From NCBI GenBank assembly GCA_964016885.1, contig OZ024743.1, forward strand, positions 156,178,001 through 156,242,000: 64,000 bases of DNA, in the 5' to 3' direction. This stretch comes from Eledone cirrhosa. Its lineage: Eukaryota. Shown here piece by piece: positions 39,031-53,897 of this stretch (within the stretch, counting starts at the first letter, position 1; every line of letters starts with the position of its first letter). The position numbers and the translations under genes were made by a program. The notes beneath the pieces were generated by a model that worked only from the letters and a program-made list of their open reading frames with translations, made no database searches and was not told where the DNA came from.

Positions 39031-40896
39031 TTATTTCAGAGGACATTAAAAACTTTGGTTTTCTGCCAAGTATTTGATTCATCATAACACAAATCCCCTT
39101 TTTGAATGATTTTTAGTGTAACTCTGGGTTAGGAAACTCCCATTGGGGGATTTGTTGCTGTTTTCATATGCTCTTGGTTATCTTCTTTTCGTTTTTGGCC
39201 ATGGATTTGGTGCTGTTGCTAATGCTGTCAGTGGTGTTTGTTGTTGCAGATAGAAATTTCTCAATCTTTTGATTTCAGATGGTAGCGAGACATTTTGCAC
39301 ACAATTAAGACATGTAGGTTCTACCAATCTATTACCTGAATTACATTGATTCCATATTTTTTGGTTTGATGTGAAGAAGCACCTTTGATCTGACCCTTGA
39401 CTAGCTATTCCGCCGCGTTCTGTTTACTTTAAGATGAGTCTCGTTACTCTCCAGGACATCCGGACCAAGATCTACCAGAAACCTAGCTCTGTCGGCATTC
39501 CAGATAACGTGACCTCTACGCTTTTTATCCCTAAATAGGAGGAACATGTAACGCATTTGTTGCATCAAAAAGAGTTCACAGTGTATAATAACATGAGGGT
39601 TTCATATTTAAGAATGTTGCTATGACCCAAAGCTGCTTTGAACCTAGCTGAGAGCGGTCGTTAGGTTGCACCTTGCGGATAAAACGGCAAAAGCATTTCC
39701 GCGGACAATGGCCAGTGACACGCATTACAACAGCCCCTTTAACTCAAGAGAACTTTCTTCGTTCAGGCTGCTAGCAATCCCATTTTATGAAGGAGGTCAG
39801 CTGTCCTTGGTCAAAAGAACTCTGAGTGCTCGATTCATTCCAGCTGGACAATAACGCAGCAGAGTACTCGATATTTGGTGTAGTAGAGTGGGTAATAGGA
39901 AAAGAGGCACGACTCCGACGGCTGAGTCCCGTCCGTCATCTAAATCCAGACACACGCGTCGGAATGACATGTGTTTAGCTGTTGGGTCTCAGCTTTTTCT
40001 ATTATCATCAAATTCTACTAGCCCGAATGTCGAGTATTCTGCTGAATAATAGTCTTACTATTTTAAAACTGATTTAATACTGATAGTTCTTCACAGGGAT
40101 ATTTATATCTGTTTTATACCTTGCAGAATCCCTCTGGTGAAAAACTGGTAAACTGCTGTTAATGATGGCCATACCAATCTATTTGAATTGCTAGACTAAT
40201 TCTTCAGTTTTAAAACTGCAGTGAGGGATTTCAATGAGGCTTCCTATTTTTAGGTTACTTAAATTTGAATATGTCTCTAATGAGAGATGATTGTGAAGTG
40301 TTCTTTTTAAGAGTACTTTACTGTGATCCACAATTCAGTGAGTTTGTATAAGATGTTCTATATATATTTTCTTCTCTTTGTTTAGTTATCACTTTTATTC
40401 GGATGTTATGTATGTTCTTTACAAATTGAATTAAACATGATAATAAATTACTGCTCCCTAAACGGTGAGCTGATTGGCAGCACGTATCGACTGCTATTTC
40501 TAGTGGCATCTTAACCCTGTTTCTTTGACCTTATGTACAAATATTTACCTTGTTAGTAGATCGAAGCATGCGTGCAATATTGTCATTTTTTTTATTACAC
40601 CATTCAGGGTCGATGAGAGACAATTTGTCCCAAGAGGTATATATATATATATATATATTATGTTTATACGTTACACGATCGCATTGATGAAACATTGCTC
40701 TGTTATTGATGGCCATATGCATCGATTAGAAAGGTTAGACATATTATTCAGTGTTGATACTGCAGTCAGTGGATTGAGTGAGGGTTCCTATTTTTAGGTT
40801 CCTCAAGTGTAAATGAGTCCCTGGGGGGAAGATGCTTGTGAAGTGTTCTTTTTCAGAGTGCTTTATTGGAATATATCATTCAGTGATTGTGTATAT

Positions 40897-40897
<1 letters not shown>

Positions 40898-40964
<67 letters not shown>

Positions 40965-40968
40965 TCTC

Positions 40969-41046
<78 letters not shown>
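40898..41046. repeat. (CT)n(TA)n microsatellite
   Basis: direct reading. Confidence 0.95.
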
Positions 41047-41050
<4 letters not shown>

Positions 41051-41683
41051 TATATTCACTATATAGCAATAATCAAAACAATCCTATTTCTTAATTCCTA
41101 TCCTCCTTACCCACTCTAGCCTACTCTTAATCTCTACCTTATCTTTCTCTAACCCCGTATATGGTAAACATCAAAACCTTCACCTATAATAATTGTTTCA
41201 CATCAGAGCACATGGATTGATTGTGTAAAACTATTTAGTCCCATAACCCTCCCCACACTACTATCACACTGTATATCCATCTATTTTTAACTTATTTACA
41301 TTTTCTCAAACGAAAATCTTATTACTGAATTTTACATCGTAGTGAAGAAATGAATTCCAATACTATAGGCTTTCTGATGAAGTGTAATAAATAATTGTTT
41401 CTACATTTGATACAAAGCCAGCAATTACCCAGTGTAATCCTTGTAAAGTATTGCATATGATTGAAAAATACATATGGTAGTCAGCATATGTAGACAATTT
41501 GTAATAGACACAGAAACATATTTCAAAGCAAATAAATTCACAATCTCTTCACGCCGACGATTATCTATTTTTCTTGGCACAATGTATATATATATATATA
41601 TTCAATATTTATATTCAATATATATATATTCAATTTTACAATAGATTAGAAACACTCGACATCATTTTTATCTGCAGTACTTA

Positions 41684-42026
41684 ATATTATTCAAAATATT
41701 AATAAATGAAAAATATTCTCATAACCAAAATATATATGTTTATTATACATATTTCAAAGGGGGTACAATGGTGTTTCAGTACGTTTTCATCATATAAAAT
41801 ATATGCGAAATCGGATATGCGACATACCGCTATGGTTTTGATGATTCAATTCTTGTAGTGGAATTGAATAATCAAAACCTTAGCGCTGTGTCGCATATCC
41901 AATCTCTCATATATTTTATCTGATCAAAACGTACTGAAACACCATTGTACCTTTGAAATATGTATAATAAAAATATATATTTTGGTTATGAGAATATTTT
42001 TCATTTATTAATATTTTGAATAATAT
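41684..42026. mobile_element. foldback of two PLE pseudo-LTR ends, each with a degenerate HHR (41736-41801 minus; 41912-41975 plus)
   Basis: about 170-bp arms, 8-nt loop; cores ATGATGA and CTGATCA; GAAA TATGTA TA; helix I TATTTTAT. Confidence 0.8.
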
Positions 42027-42037
42027 ATCTATATCTA

Positions 42038-42096
<59 letters not shown>

Positions 42097-42147
42097 ATGA
42101 AATCGAAAATGCAATTGTAGTATTATTTAAAAAAGAAATATATATAA

Positions 42148-42250
42148 ACGGAAAAAATGAAACGAGATTTCATTTCTGACTCTTAGTACGGCTGTTACTT
42201 AAATATAAGTATGTATACGTACATTCATATATGTATACAGACGTACAGTA

Positions 42251-42319
<69 letters not shown>

Positions 42320-42800
42320 CATGCACACATATATATATATATATATATATATGCGTATGGGTTCACCGAACAATTATTATAATGCTCGGTGTATATGTAA
42401 ACAAACATCCCGAATTAAGCCGTACAGTGTCTAGCAACCATCGTTGCTCAATTGTTCAACACTGACAAAGGAACACTCTACTAGTTTCAAGCTTATTAGC
42501 TATTGTCAGCAACGTAGACCTTCCTGCCAGATGGTTGAACGTGTGAAAGTATATACTTTCTTTATGCATATTAACGGCTGAGTAGCGTAATTTGCATATC
42601 GAGTGAATTAATCAGTCGGGGTCCCGAAAACGATAAACGGAAAAAATGAAATGAAATTTCATTTCTCACTCTTTGTACGGCTGTTACTTAAATATAAGTA
42701 TGTATATGTACGGCTTAATTCGGATTGTTTGTTTACAAACACACCGAGCATTATAATAAATGTTCGGTGAATCCATACGTACATATATATATATATATGT
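42148..42800 (-). mobile_element. dispersed copy of family B1 with short 5' inversion; HHR 42473-42515 degenerate (CTGACAA)
   Basis: aligns to 13824-14610; inverted piece from about 42706. Confidence 0.85.
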
Positions 42801-43246
42801 GTGCATGTATGTATATATATATATTGTTCTGGTTCAGTGAATATGGTTAGTTCGCTGGGGTGTCAGAATTCAGATTTTCTATTGAATAAAGAAAGTAAAG
42901 ATATGTATGTTTATTTGTGTGCTTTTGTGTGTGTGCGTGTGTGTGTGTTGTGTGTGTGTGTGTGTGTGTTTGAATTTCTTTACTTTAAAAAAAGGTGGCT
43001 CACGAAGGCTTTTTTTTCTTTAAACTTTCACTCGTGTAGGACACCTCGGTTATTTTTCAATTTGTAAAAAAAACCTCACTTTCTAATATATATATATATA
43101 TATAAATGCAATCTGAGTTTAATATCATTCGATCTGAATATTAATAACGTTCAATTCGTTTGAAATTATGCAAACAAACCTCAATGTTATAGCCATGTCA
43201 GTAGGATGAACACTTCATTCTTGCTCTTGTGTTGGCATGTGAACAG

Positions 43247-43294
43247 AACTGCAGACACTAATGTTTCTGGGTATCACCCTTCATCAGTACTGCT
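43247..43294 (-). ncRNA. type-I HHR, intact core, imperfect helix I
   Basis: AGCAGTA CTGATGA AGGGT-GAT-ACCCA GAAA CATTAGTG TC TGCAGTT; truncated paralog at about 36860-37000. Confidence 0.75.
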
Positions 43295-43393
43295 CACTAT
43301 TCACCTGTCAAACTGTCAGAGCTAGTGAGTGAATTGTGACAGATGATAATACATAGTATCTTCCTCAATATGAGGCTACGTCTTGAATATCTG

Positions 43394-43446
<53 letters not shown>

Positions 43447-44454
43447 TATATATCCAGAGATTCAAGGCGTAGCGTCATATCTGAGGATGATACTATGTAT
43501 TATCATTTGTTACAATTTTCGTAATTGTTTTTACGTATTCTTTCCACGTTGAGCATAGGTTTTCTATACTGGCCTTTCAATCTAGTCTTCGTTACCCCGA
43601 AGTAGTATGTACTTTTTTCTGTTCTCTTTATTTATTTATTATATATATATTTTTTGGCATTTTGAAACAATTACCACTTAATGCATACTATCCGTATGTG
43701 TAAGTGTGAGGTTTCATTTGAGTGTTTATTTGTATGTATGTATGCATTGTGTTCGTTGTCACTTAAGCTCCTGTTGAATAGTTTGAATAGTGACAAGCAG
43801 CTCAGGGTTGCCGGGGAATAAAGCCGAGAGCGTATCCCATTAATCGGATGATCGAGTTGAGTTTACGACACGTAGGCGTTTGAAGTAGTATGAAACACGA
43901 GGCGGATGCAATATCAGTGGTTTGACGAGGAAAGACATGTATCCCTGGACTGCTTAATTAGTAATGGCAGGAAATTAATCATCTACTCTCATAAAAGTGA
44001 AGAATACATTGGATATCTTGGCCATGAAGCATATCTCCTGAAGAAGGAAAGAATACTCACAGCTTCAACGCCTTTGAATAGTTGTTTGCTCTATTAGGAT
44101 TGTCCTGGAGCTAGAAGCACAATGGATATATCCGGAAATAATACATTACAAACAATGATGACTTCTCTCCAATCAGATGATTTATGTTTGTAAATTGCAG
44201 TACATATATTAATATGCAGGCAAACAAATATATTCCAGGTCAAATTGAGCAGAATAATTGTATTATTAATGCTGCTACTGCCATTCATATTATTGTTTTA
44301 CCGTGGTTGCTACTAGTGCTGCTATTGTTTTGGATTTGTATATTCTATTAGCATTGAAGGAAAGTTTCGATCCGTATTCTCTATCGATTTTAGTATAAAA
44401 GCGAGATACTATTTTGAGGAAAAACTATTTAATATCATTATTATTGTTGTATAA

Positions 44455-44570
44455 TACTAGGGGGTAGATTGGCAGTATCGGTAAAATAAAGTACCATCAA
44501 TTTACTTGGTCCGATTTAATCGACCTTCCCCTCCCACAAAATATATGGCCTTGTTCCTAAAGTAGAAGGC
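44455..44570 (+). mobile_element. internally deleted SINE
   Basis: GATTGGCAGTATCGGTA joined to AAATAAAGTACC..GGCCTTGTTCCTAAAGTAGAA. Confidence 0.6.
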
Positions 44571-44999
44571 TTATTAGGCTGATTCTATCAGCCAGATATA
44601 TGGTCAAATTTATTCCACTCATAACCATGCCATCCATTTTGTTTTGTTAAACAAGTGTATCCTCCGTTTATAAGACAGAAAAATATAATTTGAAACACAT
44701 CCTGCTTTTAACTCTAGCTGTTGGGAAAGTTACGTTGCCCCCCCCCCCCCCCCCCCCTAACATTTAAAAATCTTATTCTAATTAATAGAATTGTGTTCGT
44801 ATATTTGCGTATATATATTCTCAAATAATTCAGGCTGCAGTATGTCTTGCATAAAAATCTGAAATAAATATATATGTAAATTAATCCGTAAAGTCACTTA
44901 TGCATCTGATATTCGAACCATGTAGCGTAATTAAATACAAGATAGTTCAGTACATATGTGACCTATAATTAGTAAACATTTATATAATGTTGATTTGTC

Positions 45000-46550
45000 C
45001 TCTAATTCTGACTTTCTTAAGGAGAACAACCTAATTTGCCACAATCTGTGCAACATGGGACTGAAATACTTTCTTTGGTCGAAACCTTTCGGCTATCCTT
45101 GGTTTCTTAGTGCCATCCTCTTGCCACGCAGTGTGGAAAAATTCATCAAATTTTCGCAACTTTATAAACGTCAGGTTGTGATCAGAACAATATTCTAATA
45201 AGAAGCATTTGATGTTGCTGTGTCAAGTGGTTATGTTGGGATCCAGCCAATCAAATATTCTGACATATACCACTGCATTTAACGTCACCACGCCGTGAAG
45301 CTTGATAACATTTTAACTGGCTGGCAAATATTTCTTTGGTTACTCTCGGAAACTTTGTGATCTCTAACGTGGATCTTGTTCTTTGCTCTCAACATATTTT
45401 GATTGATTTGCAGAAAACCCAATCTTTCTCTCTCAATTTTCGAATACATGTCCACCATCCTTTCAATCGCAAAACTTGGTTGAAGTTATCCTATCATTAC
45501 ATGATAATCATAGAATGATTTGCAATTGATCAGCCAGTATTTTGTCCCGTTTCTGAGTTGATCTTTCATAGCTGAACATTCCAGAAAAATGAGTGGGTAT
45601 TGGAGTCAACCATATGACTTTCACATATTTTCTCCCAATATCCACCTTGTGTTTGCAAAACAACGTCACACCGTTCGTGCTGTCTATCAACCATTCTGAT
45701 TGCAACTTTATCTGTTACAGATGCATTGATCTTGCGTTCGTTGTCTGAACCTTGGCTTTTGTTTGATCTGATGATAATGTTGTGGTCTCTGCTTTTGTTC
45801 AGGTGCTCCAGAGCATATTTAAATATACAGGCATGCATGTGATGTTAGTGAAACATTTATTGTAACTCCAATACTGTGTAGAACTGCCTACCACCAATGG
45901 GCATTAGACATGCATACATGCTGTGCCTCCTTTTAATATTTGAGACTCCTCTAGAATTGAAAGGTCACTCATTAAGTGGTAATACTGTCCTTTAAATGTA
46001 TACGTTGCGCATGATCGGAATGATGTTTGGTTCCTGTCATTCACAAAAATGTCCTTTAAAATTGTATTTTGGTATGTTTCTATTGAATGGTGTATCCTGG
46101 AAAAGCTGATTTGTCTGAATTTCAAGATGTTCATGTATTGTTTTGATGCTTGCTTTGCTTTTGGGTCACAATAGACTCGGTGTTTCAGCTGCCCTCTGAT
46201 TCGCACCACAATGCAGGCAGCATTTATTCATTTTCCAATATTGATTTGTACCTTGCTGCTGTTGTCCTGAGGAAAGGGCAACTTCGCATTGCTTGTGGGT
46301 TGTGCTCCTGCCCGGAGAGTAGAATAATATGCTTGATCAGCATTTCTTCTAATTCGTCTCTGTCCCTCAATTTTTTTTCTCCTTTAGCATTAATCCTGTG
46401 TCTCATTTCGTACAAAAAATATTCTATGTCCGCTACTAATGGTTGTTCTCGTGCTAAACTGTTTGGGTCCTGTTAGAAGCTACACTGACCTCTATCAAGC
46501 TCCTTCACTGATCGCTTAGCTTTCTTTCTCTTCACAACTCAAGACTATCT
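45000..46550 (-). mobile_element. very degraded coding remnant, possibly the APE-endonuclease region of a LINE
   Basis: higher-complexity tract with fragmented minus ORFs; frameshifted VMIG(D)FN-like motif near 45480-45500. Confidence 0.3.
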
Positions 46551-46560
46551 TCCAAATAAT

Positions 46561-46721
46561 TGTTTCTACTTTTTTGGCATAAGGCCGGCAATTAACCAGT
46601 GCATTACTGGTACTTTATTTTATCGACCCCATAAGGATGAAAGGCAAGGTTAACATCGGCGGGATTTGAACTCAGAATGGCAGGGCCGTAACTCTATGCG
46701 TCAAAGAAAGGCGTCTCACCC
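46561..46721 (-). mobile_element. SINE (Deu/Nin-type) with TSD TCCAAATAAT
   Basis: family consensus; TSD at 46551-46560 and 46722-46731. Confidence 0.8.
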
Positions 46722-47440
46722 TCCAAATAATGATCTTGAACGTTTTCGAAGTATTTAATGTTACACACAACACGCCATCCGAATTAGAAACAATTATAAA
46801 ATATATTGCAAATTCATTCATTAATGTTCTTATAATTTACTGTATACTTTAATGTGTATGAGTTGTAGTTAGTTTTAGACATATGTAGACAATGTTACGA
46901 TTTCAGAATGTACTGCGGAGTGAGATATATTCATTGTATTTTTGTTTTCAATAACTGTAAATAATTACAATAAAAATATTATTTGTCTTAATACAAATAC
47001 ATTGGAAAAATGTAATGAACGAATTCATCTGCCACATGCTATATATTATATGGATACTTTGTTTTTACCTGTGGAGACGAACAGTGCTTCTAACTCTTGT
47101 TAAATCAGCATAAAGCTGATTGAAATAAAATAGATGTTGTCTGTTTTTTTAACTTGATAACTTGAAAGAAAGAGAATAAGAGAAACAGGACGCACACACG
47201 CCACACATATACACACACGATCATTATACATATATATATATATATATATACATACATATATATATACATACATATATATATATAGATAATTATATATATA
47301 TATATAAAAGAATAGAGGTGTAACACACAAGTTATGATATATTGGTAAACGGAAAAGAAAATGCTGACAAATTGTTCACAGTGAAAAATAGTTTAATTAG
47401 GAATAAGTGAGAATTAGTAATAGTATTGTTTAGTATGCAA

Positions 47441-47611
47441 TTTTGGTTTTAAGTTTTACCGGTTGCGCATATCTAATGCTTTTCAAAAGTAATTTTGAGA
47501 TAGAGCGTCCGTGATGTTTGCTCTGATCTGAGCAAACATCACGGACGCTCTATCTCAAAATTACTTTTGAAAAGCATTAGAAATGTGCAAACGGTAAAAC
47601 TTAAAACCAAA
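47441..47611. repeat. near-perfect hairpin (about 82-bp arms, 6-nt loop)
   Basis: ..GAGCGTCCGTGATGTTTGCTC TGATCT GAGCAAACATCACGGACGCTC.. Confidence 0.9.
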
Positions 47612-47636
47612 ACTTAAAACCAAAACTTTTCCGTTT

Positions 47637-47674
<38 letters not shown>

Positions 47675-47712
47675 GTATATTCTCCTTGGTTGTTTCAAAA
47701 TTAATATCATTG

Positions 47713-47917
<205 letters not shown>

Positions 47918-48367
47918 ATATTAATTTTGAAATAACCAAGGAGAATATACGTTAACGGTTCACGTTTTCCTTGGATATCAATAGAAAACGTGAAACGTTA
48001 AGATATATTCTAGTTAAGGTATATATATAAAGTATATATAAGGTATATAAAACAAAGAATATGTGTAGTTAAATACGTTGAAATGTTAATGCAAGGAAAG
48101 TTAAAATTGTATTGTTTAAAAGGATTTATATGAACCCACGTAGCAAAAGTAATAGCAAATGTCGGATTGCAAAATAAATAACGTTAGAGATTGCAAAATA
48201 CATAACATTAAAATAAGAAGCAAAGACTCCGAAACAATTGCCGATTTTTCTCTCAGCTACCGCAGGAACAAAAGGATGATGTTCGGTCACCTAATACATG
48301 ATGTTTATAAGACTGTTTGCTTGCAAACAAAACGAATATTCCTAATATTCTTATATTGTCAAGGGCT

Positions 48368-48558
48368 TTGGATCGGCAGTATCGGTAGAGGGTCGGACGC
48401 CATGCTTTGCGACAAAGGGTTACGGCACTTTATGGTTTGAGTTCAAATCCCGCCGAGGTTAACATTGCCTTTCATACTTACGGGGTTGATAAAATAAAGT
48501 ACCAATACCCTGGGATAATTGCTGGCTTGTGCCCAAAGTAGAAACAATTATATTATTA
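48368..48558 (+). mobile_element. SINE (Deu/Nin-type), near full length
   Basis: GGCAGTATCGGTAGAG, GAGTTCAAATCCCGCC, central domain, GAAACAATTA tail. Confidence 0.85.
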
Positions 48559-48610
48559 TTATACATTAATGAATACATTTGGGTATGCGCCATGATAAGC
48601 ACGAAAACAA

Positions 48611-48672
<62 letters not shown>

Positions 48673-48685
48673 ATATATAAGTGTA

Positions 48686-48758
<73 letters not shown>

Positions 48759-48809
48759 TTTCTGAATTTGTTTAGCAAGATTCTTTATCTGAAAACGTGT
48801 GTTGAAACC

Positions 48810-51245
48810 GATATTGTTATGCTTTGGGAGAGTCATGTTGCCAATAAGAAACACACGCACCAATATTTTCACTCCAATTTATTATAAGTTAAATTTATAA
48901 ATTTAAGAATCTATAAATTTCCTGTTGGTTGGTTGGTTGGTTCCTCAACCGGACGGTTGTTCATATATTGTCAAAGTTATTTCGTCACACATTCTGTGAC
49001 CTCTTCAGTGACTGGGGATTCTTTTCTTTGTTTTTGTGCCTCTTCTTTGTTCTGTCCTATGCCATCTTGTTTTTGTGTGTTTTGAGTGTTTTTAGTTTGT
49101 GCATGTGTTACATACGGGTGTCTGTGTGTGTTTAAATGTGTTTATTTATTTGTTTATTTACATGTTACTGGTTGGTTGTTTGTTCTATGTGTTTGTGTGT
49201 TTTCATTTTGTCCTCAATTGTAAGTTGTGATGTTGCTATTCAATTTATGTTTTCCATTTAATTTTGGTTGGAGTTCATTTATGTTTATTGCCTGTGATTT
49301 GTGAAAGCATTGCGTCTTTTCTGTGTGTAGATTCTATTTTTATTTCTATGTTCTCTAATTTACCCTTATGTTCTATTTTAGCATGTTGGTGGAGTACAGA
49401 TGATTCTTTTCTATCTTGAAGTTCTCGCCAGTGTTCATTTATCCGTTTTCCTATACTATGAGCTGTCTCACCTATGTACATTATATTCATATCTCTACAT
49501 TGTCCTTCCGTACATCTTATGCTATATACTACATTTCTAGTTTTACAGTTAATATGGGGGCTTAGTTTACAGATTATGCATTTCTTATCTATAGAGGGAG
49601 GTCTTTGAAAAAGGGTATGCATTGTTAATAAGTGTTTTTATGGAGGTACCTGGTCTTTCTACTATCTTAACTTTGAGTTTATGTTTATCTAGGGCCCTTC
49701 TAAATGTGTAAGCTAATTCACTTCTAGGGGTTGTATTGATGAATATTACACTCTGATATTTATTTTTATCATACCATGAGTTTATTATATTAACCTTATT
49801 CCTAGTTCTTTCTATTATATTCCAAAATGTGCTCCTATACAAGGGACAGGTCCCATTTCTATCATTATTTACCATGTTTTCCCATTTGGTTCTGGCTCCT
49901 CTATATACTCTGCTTTTATCTCTCTGATTGTAACCAGAGAACTGCATACGGTGGATAAAATGTTGTATGTGTCTCTCTAGTTCTTTGGGGTTGCACATGC
50001 GGGACACGTTTCTCATCACCCGTACCAAATCCGCAATCAGTATTGTGATTTTGGTGTGGTCCGAAACAGTTGAGTTTCGGTGGATCAGATATTTGGAAGT
50101 CATATGTGGAAGTTTTGCATAATGGGAATGGAGGATATGTTTTTGTTATTAATGGTTTTTAACCGGAGATCTGTGTCTAGTACAGGAAATTGATTGTTAG
50201 GGTGTTTGCTTGAGTAGTCTATAGTAACTCTAGTACTCTGGTGGATGGAGTCAGCTATTTGCTGGATGCTTTCCATGGTGTTTTTCTCTACTGTACTTTA
50301 GTAGGGCTGTTTTTACTACGATGTTTATATCATGAACGTAGCGGGAGTATATTATCAGGGTTAAGTGTTTGCTGTCTTCTAATTGTTTTTTTAAGTTTAA
50401 GTTTAAGTATATTGTCCCACCATACCATGAATAGGTTAGCTATGTCACCTGCAATGCTAACACAAATTGATGCTCCCTCCTCCTGGGCAACTAAGCCTCC
50501 ATATTAATTGTAACACTAGACATGTTATATATAGCATAAGATGTACTGAAGGAAAATCTAGAGATAAGAATATAGTGTATATAGGTGAGCAGCTCGTAGT
50601 ATAGTGGAACGGATAAATGAACACTGGCGAGAACTTCAAGATAGAAAAGAATCACCTGTACTCCACCAACATGCTAAAATAGAACATAAGGGTAACTTAG
50701 AGAACATAGAAATAAAAATAGAATCTACACACAGAAAAGACGCAATGTTTAGACAAATCACAGAAGCAATAAACATAAATGAACTCCAACTAAAATTAAA
50801 TAGAAAACATGAATGGAATAGCAACATCACAACTTACAATTAAAGACAAAATGAAAACACACACACTCATAGAACAAACAACCAACCAGTAACAAGTAAA
50901 TAAACAAATAAATAAACACATATAAACACACAAATACACCCGGATGTAACACATGCGCAAACTAAGCACACAACACAGACAAACACAAGATGGCGTAGGA
51001 CAGAACAAAGGAGAGGCACACAAACAAGGAAAAGAATCCCCAGTCACTGAAAAGGTCACATAATGTGTGAAGAAAGAACTTTGACAATATATGAACAACC
51101 ATCCGGTTGTGGAACCAACCAACCAACCAACCAGATATTTATATCATCTTAAATTTATGAATTTAATTCATAATAAATTGGAGTGAAAGCACTGGTGCGC
51201 GTGTTTCTTAATGGCAACATGACCCTCCCAAAGCATAACAATTTA
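48810..51245 (-). mobile_element. 5'-truncated Penelope-like element PLE-3 (CCHH GIY-YIG; Nematis-like) with inverted 3' segment at 50489-51245
   Basis: QEEGASI..ANLFMVWWD, RYVHD, FPVLD, MQFSGY, CPLYRS, VERPGTSI, NVVYSIRC..C..YIGET..RINEH..HQHAKIEH, LNRKHEW; TA flanks. Confidence 0.92.
48970..49012 (-). ncRNA. minimal HHR of the PLE-3 pLTR (inverted paralog at 51043-51085, plus strand)
   Basis: GTCA CTGAAGA GGTCACA-GAATG-TGTGAC GAAA TAAC TT TGAC; paralog has CTGAAAA and GAAA GAAC TT. Confidence 0.7.
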
Positions 51246-51390
51246 TATATATATATATATATATATATAATAAAATACCACCTTTAATACATGATTGAGC
51301 AGTATTTTCCTTTTTCGCTTTCATGAATTTGTTTCTATAGACACATACACGCATACACAAACACAAAACACATACACCACCACACACACG

Positions 51391-51424
<34 letters not shown>

Positions 51425-51459
51425 CATGTGAATATATATATATAAATACATATATATAA

Positions 51460-51549
<90 letters not shown>

Positions 51550-51589
51550 GTATATATATATACATAAATATATATATATATATACATAA

Positions 51590-51683
<94 letters not shown>

Positions 51684-52532
51684 AAAATAATGAATAAAAC
51701 AATGAAACAGTTCCTTATATTAAACAAAAAAAGTTCATTATTTAACGATCGTTTCTAGGATATATATGTGTTAGAATTGGACACTACCGTAAACTCTTGG
51801 TAGATTTATCTACATATATATATATATGTATATGTATATATATATTTATATGTGTGTGTGTGTGTGGTGGTGTATGTATGTGTGTTTGTGTATGCGTGCA
51901 TGTGTCTATAGAAAAAAATTCATGAATGCCAAAAAATAAAATAGTGCTCAATCATGTATTAAAGGTGGTATTTCATTATTTATTTTGGTCCATACATGGA
52001 ACAATGTCCAATAATGACCATCTCGTTATAAAAACGGGAAATCATTGTATTGTTTCAGAATATCAATCTAGTATTTTTGTCAAATAATTTTTGAGTAACT
52101 ATTTTCAACAGATTTTTTTCATAATTTGTTTATTGCAAATTTAAGTTCTTAACGCATGCGCATATACTGCTTTAAATTTAGGCGCTGGTCATCTGAAACA
52201 TCCCTAAAATATTTGCAATCAGTTGCAGAAGATACATTTTCGTAGCTCTAATGGAGTCCATTTCCTGTTAAATACACATCTTAGAGTTATATATACGTAC
52301 AAACTTCACATATCTCACACGTTTATATATCACACCAATCTAATAGTTTAGATCGATTGTTACACTCACACGCATTCATAAGTATAGACATACATACACC
52401 ATTGCACTGACACATGCCAGCAGCCATATACTCAGACACATAAGCAGAGATGTATATATGTATATATAATCTATGTATATATGTGTGTGTATATATATAT
52501 ATGTGTGTGTATATATATATATACATATATAT

Positions 52533-52590
<58 letters not shown>

Positions 52591-52592
<2 letters not shown>

Positions 52593-52678
52593 CGAAGGAA
52601 ATGTGGTAAGGAACCAGGTGGACCATAACGCACCAAAGTACTCAATACTTAGGGTAGTAGAGTGGGTAATACTCGTTC

Positions 52679-52680
<2 letters not shown>
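52591..52680 (-). mobile_element. terminal fragment of the PLE-2 family pLTR inside (TA)n
   Basis: matches 19922-20002 (GGACCATAACGCACCAAAGTACTCAATACTTAGGGTAGTAGAGTGGG); diverged copy at 39846-39900. Confidence 0.75.
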
Positions 52681-52714
<34 letters not shown>

Positions 52715-52720
52715 TTATAC

Positions 52721-52908
<188 letters not shown>

Positions 52909-53897
52909 TATATGTAAATATAAGTATATATAAGTGCATCACCATACCCTGGTGGCTGTTTTGTCTGCGTGTATGAATGTGTGGTAGACTAATCATGTGT
53001 GCACTTATCATTTTACACTATATGTAAATTAACTTTCCTTCACCTAAAATATTTCAATATCGAAAAAATCATTGAAATCGTCGACTTAACATTAATGTGT
53101 TGCGCAGTGTATGTGTTTGTGCAATTGGAAAAGCAAATATGAATATATGGCAAATCTATTTCTACTCACTTCAACTTAGCTGTAAACAAATTTCTAATAT
53201 GGTACTTTTGTAATGGGTTTGTTGGTAGTTTGGGTTGTGAGTACGTGTGCTGATATTTACAAACTTCATTAGTTATTTTTATTCATATTCAGCAGATGTT
53301 GCATTAAGATATAGTGGCAAATATCGTACAGATGGTCCATTAAAGATGAGTTTGCATTTTAGGTAGCTTTAGTTTATTTATATATTTGTTCGTAGCGAAT
53401 GTGTTTTATGTTGATGTTATTAATATTTTATTTTTGCATTTTCTTTTTTTAAGATGTTATAAATTTACCATCCTAATCACCATCACAATCATCGGCATCG
53501 TATTCATCACCGTTAACACCGAATATCAATATCAGCATTATTATCACTATCATTATAACATTCAACATCATTTCCCAATCATCACATAATCATTATTATT
53601 ATTATCAACAAGAAAAGAATCAATATTATCACCATCTCCATTATCATTATTAACAGCTATACTAGCATGCTCTCTCTCTATTTATCAGTTCCTTTGGTTG
53701 CGTTTAAACTAGTTTCTATCACTGATATAATTAGAAATGTTTGTTGGTGCTCTGAAATAGCGATGTCTATATGAATGTACGTATTGTATATGTTATAATA
53801 TGCAGTATGTCTGTTTAAAAACATGTTAAGTCCTTTCGCTATGAATTTAAGGTAGTGACTATAGTCACATACCAAGCCTGATCAAAAACAAAGGGAA

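Noticed and set aside
39050-39850. RFLVDLGPDV protease-like or PTCLNC knuckle-like minus-strand fragments
   Set aside because: Too degraded to assign to an LTR element or LINE ORF1 without a search
39846-40035. Twister- or HHR-like motif around TAACGCAGC..GTAGAGTGGG
   Set aside because: It is a diverged inverted pair of PLE-2-type terminal sequence; no full ribozyme core could be built
40215-40870. About 100-bp diverged direct repeat roughly 550 bp apart, as another retrozyme
   Set aside because: No convincing HHR found between the repeats
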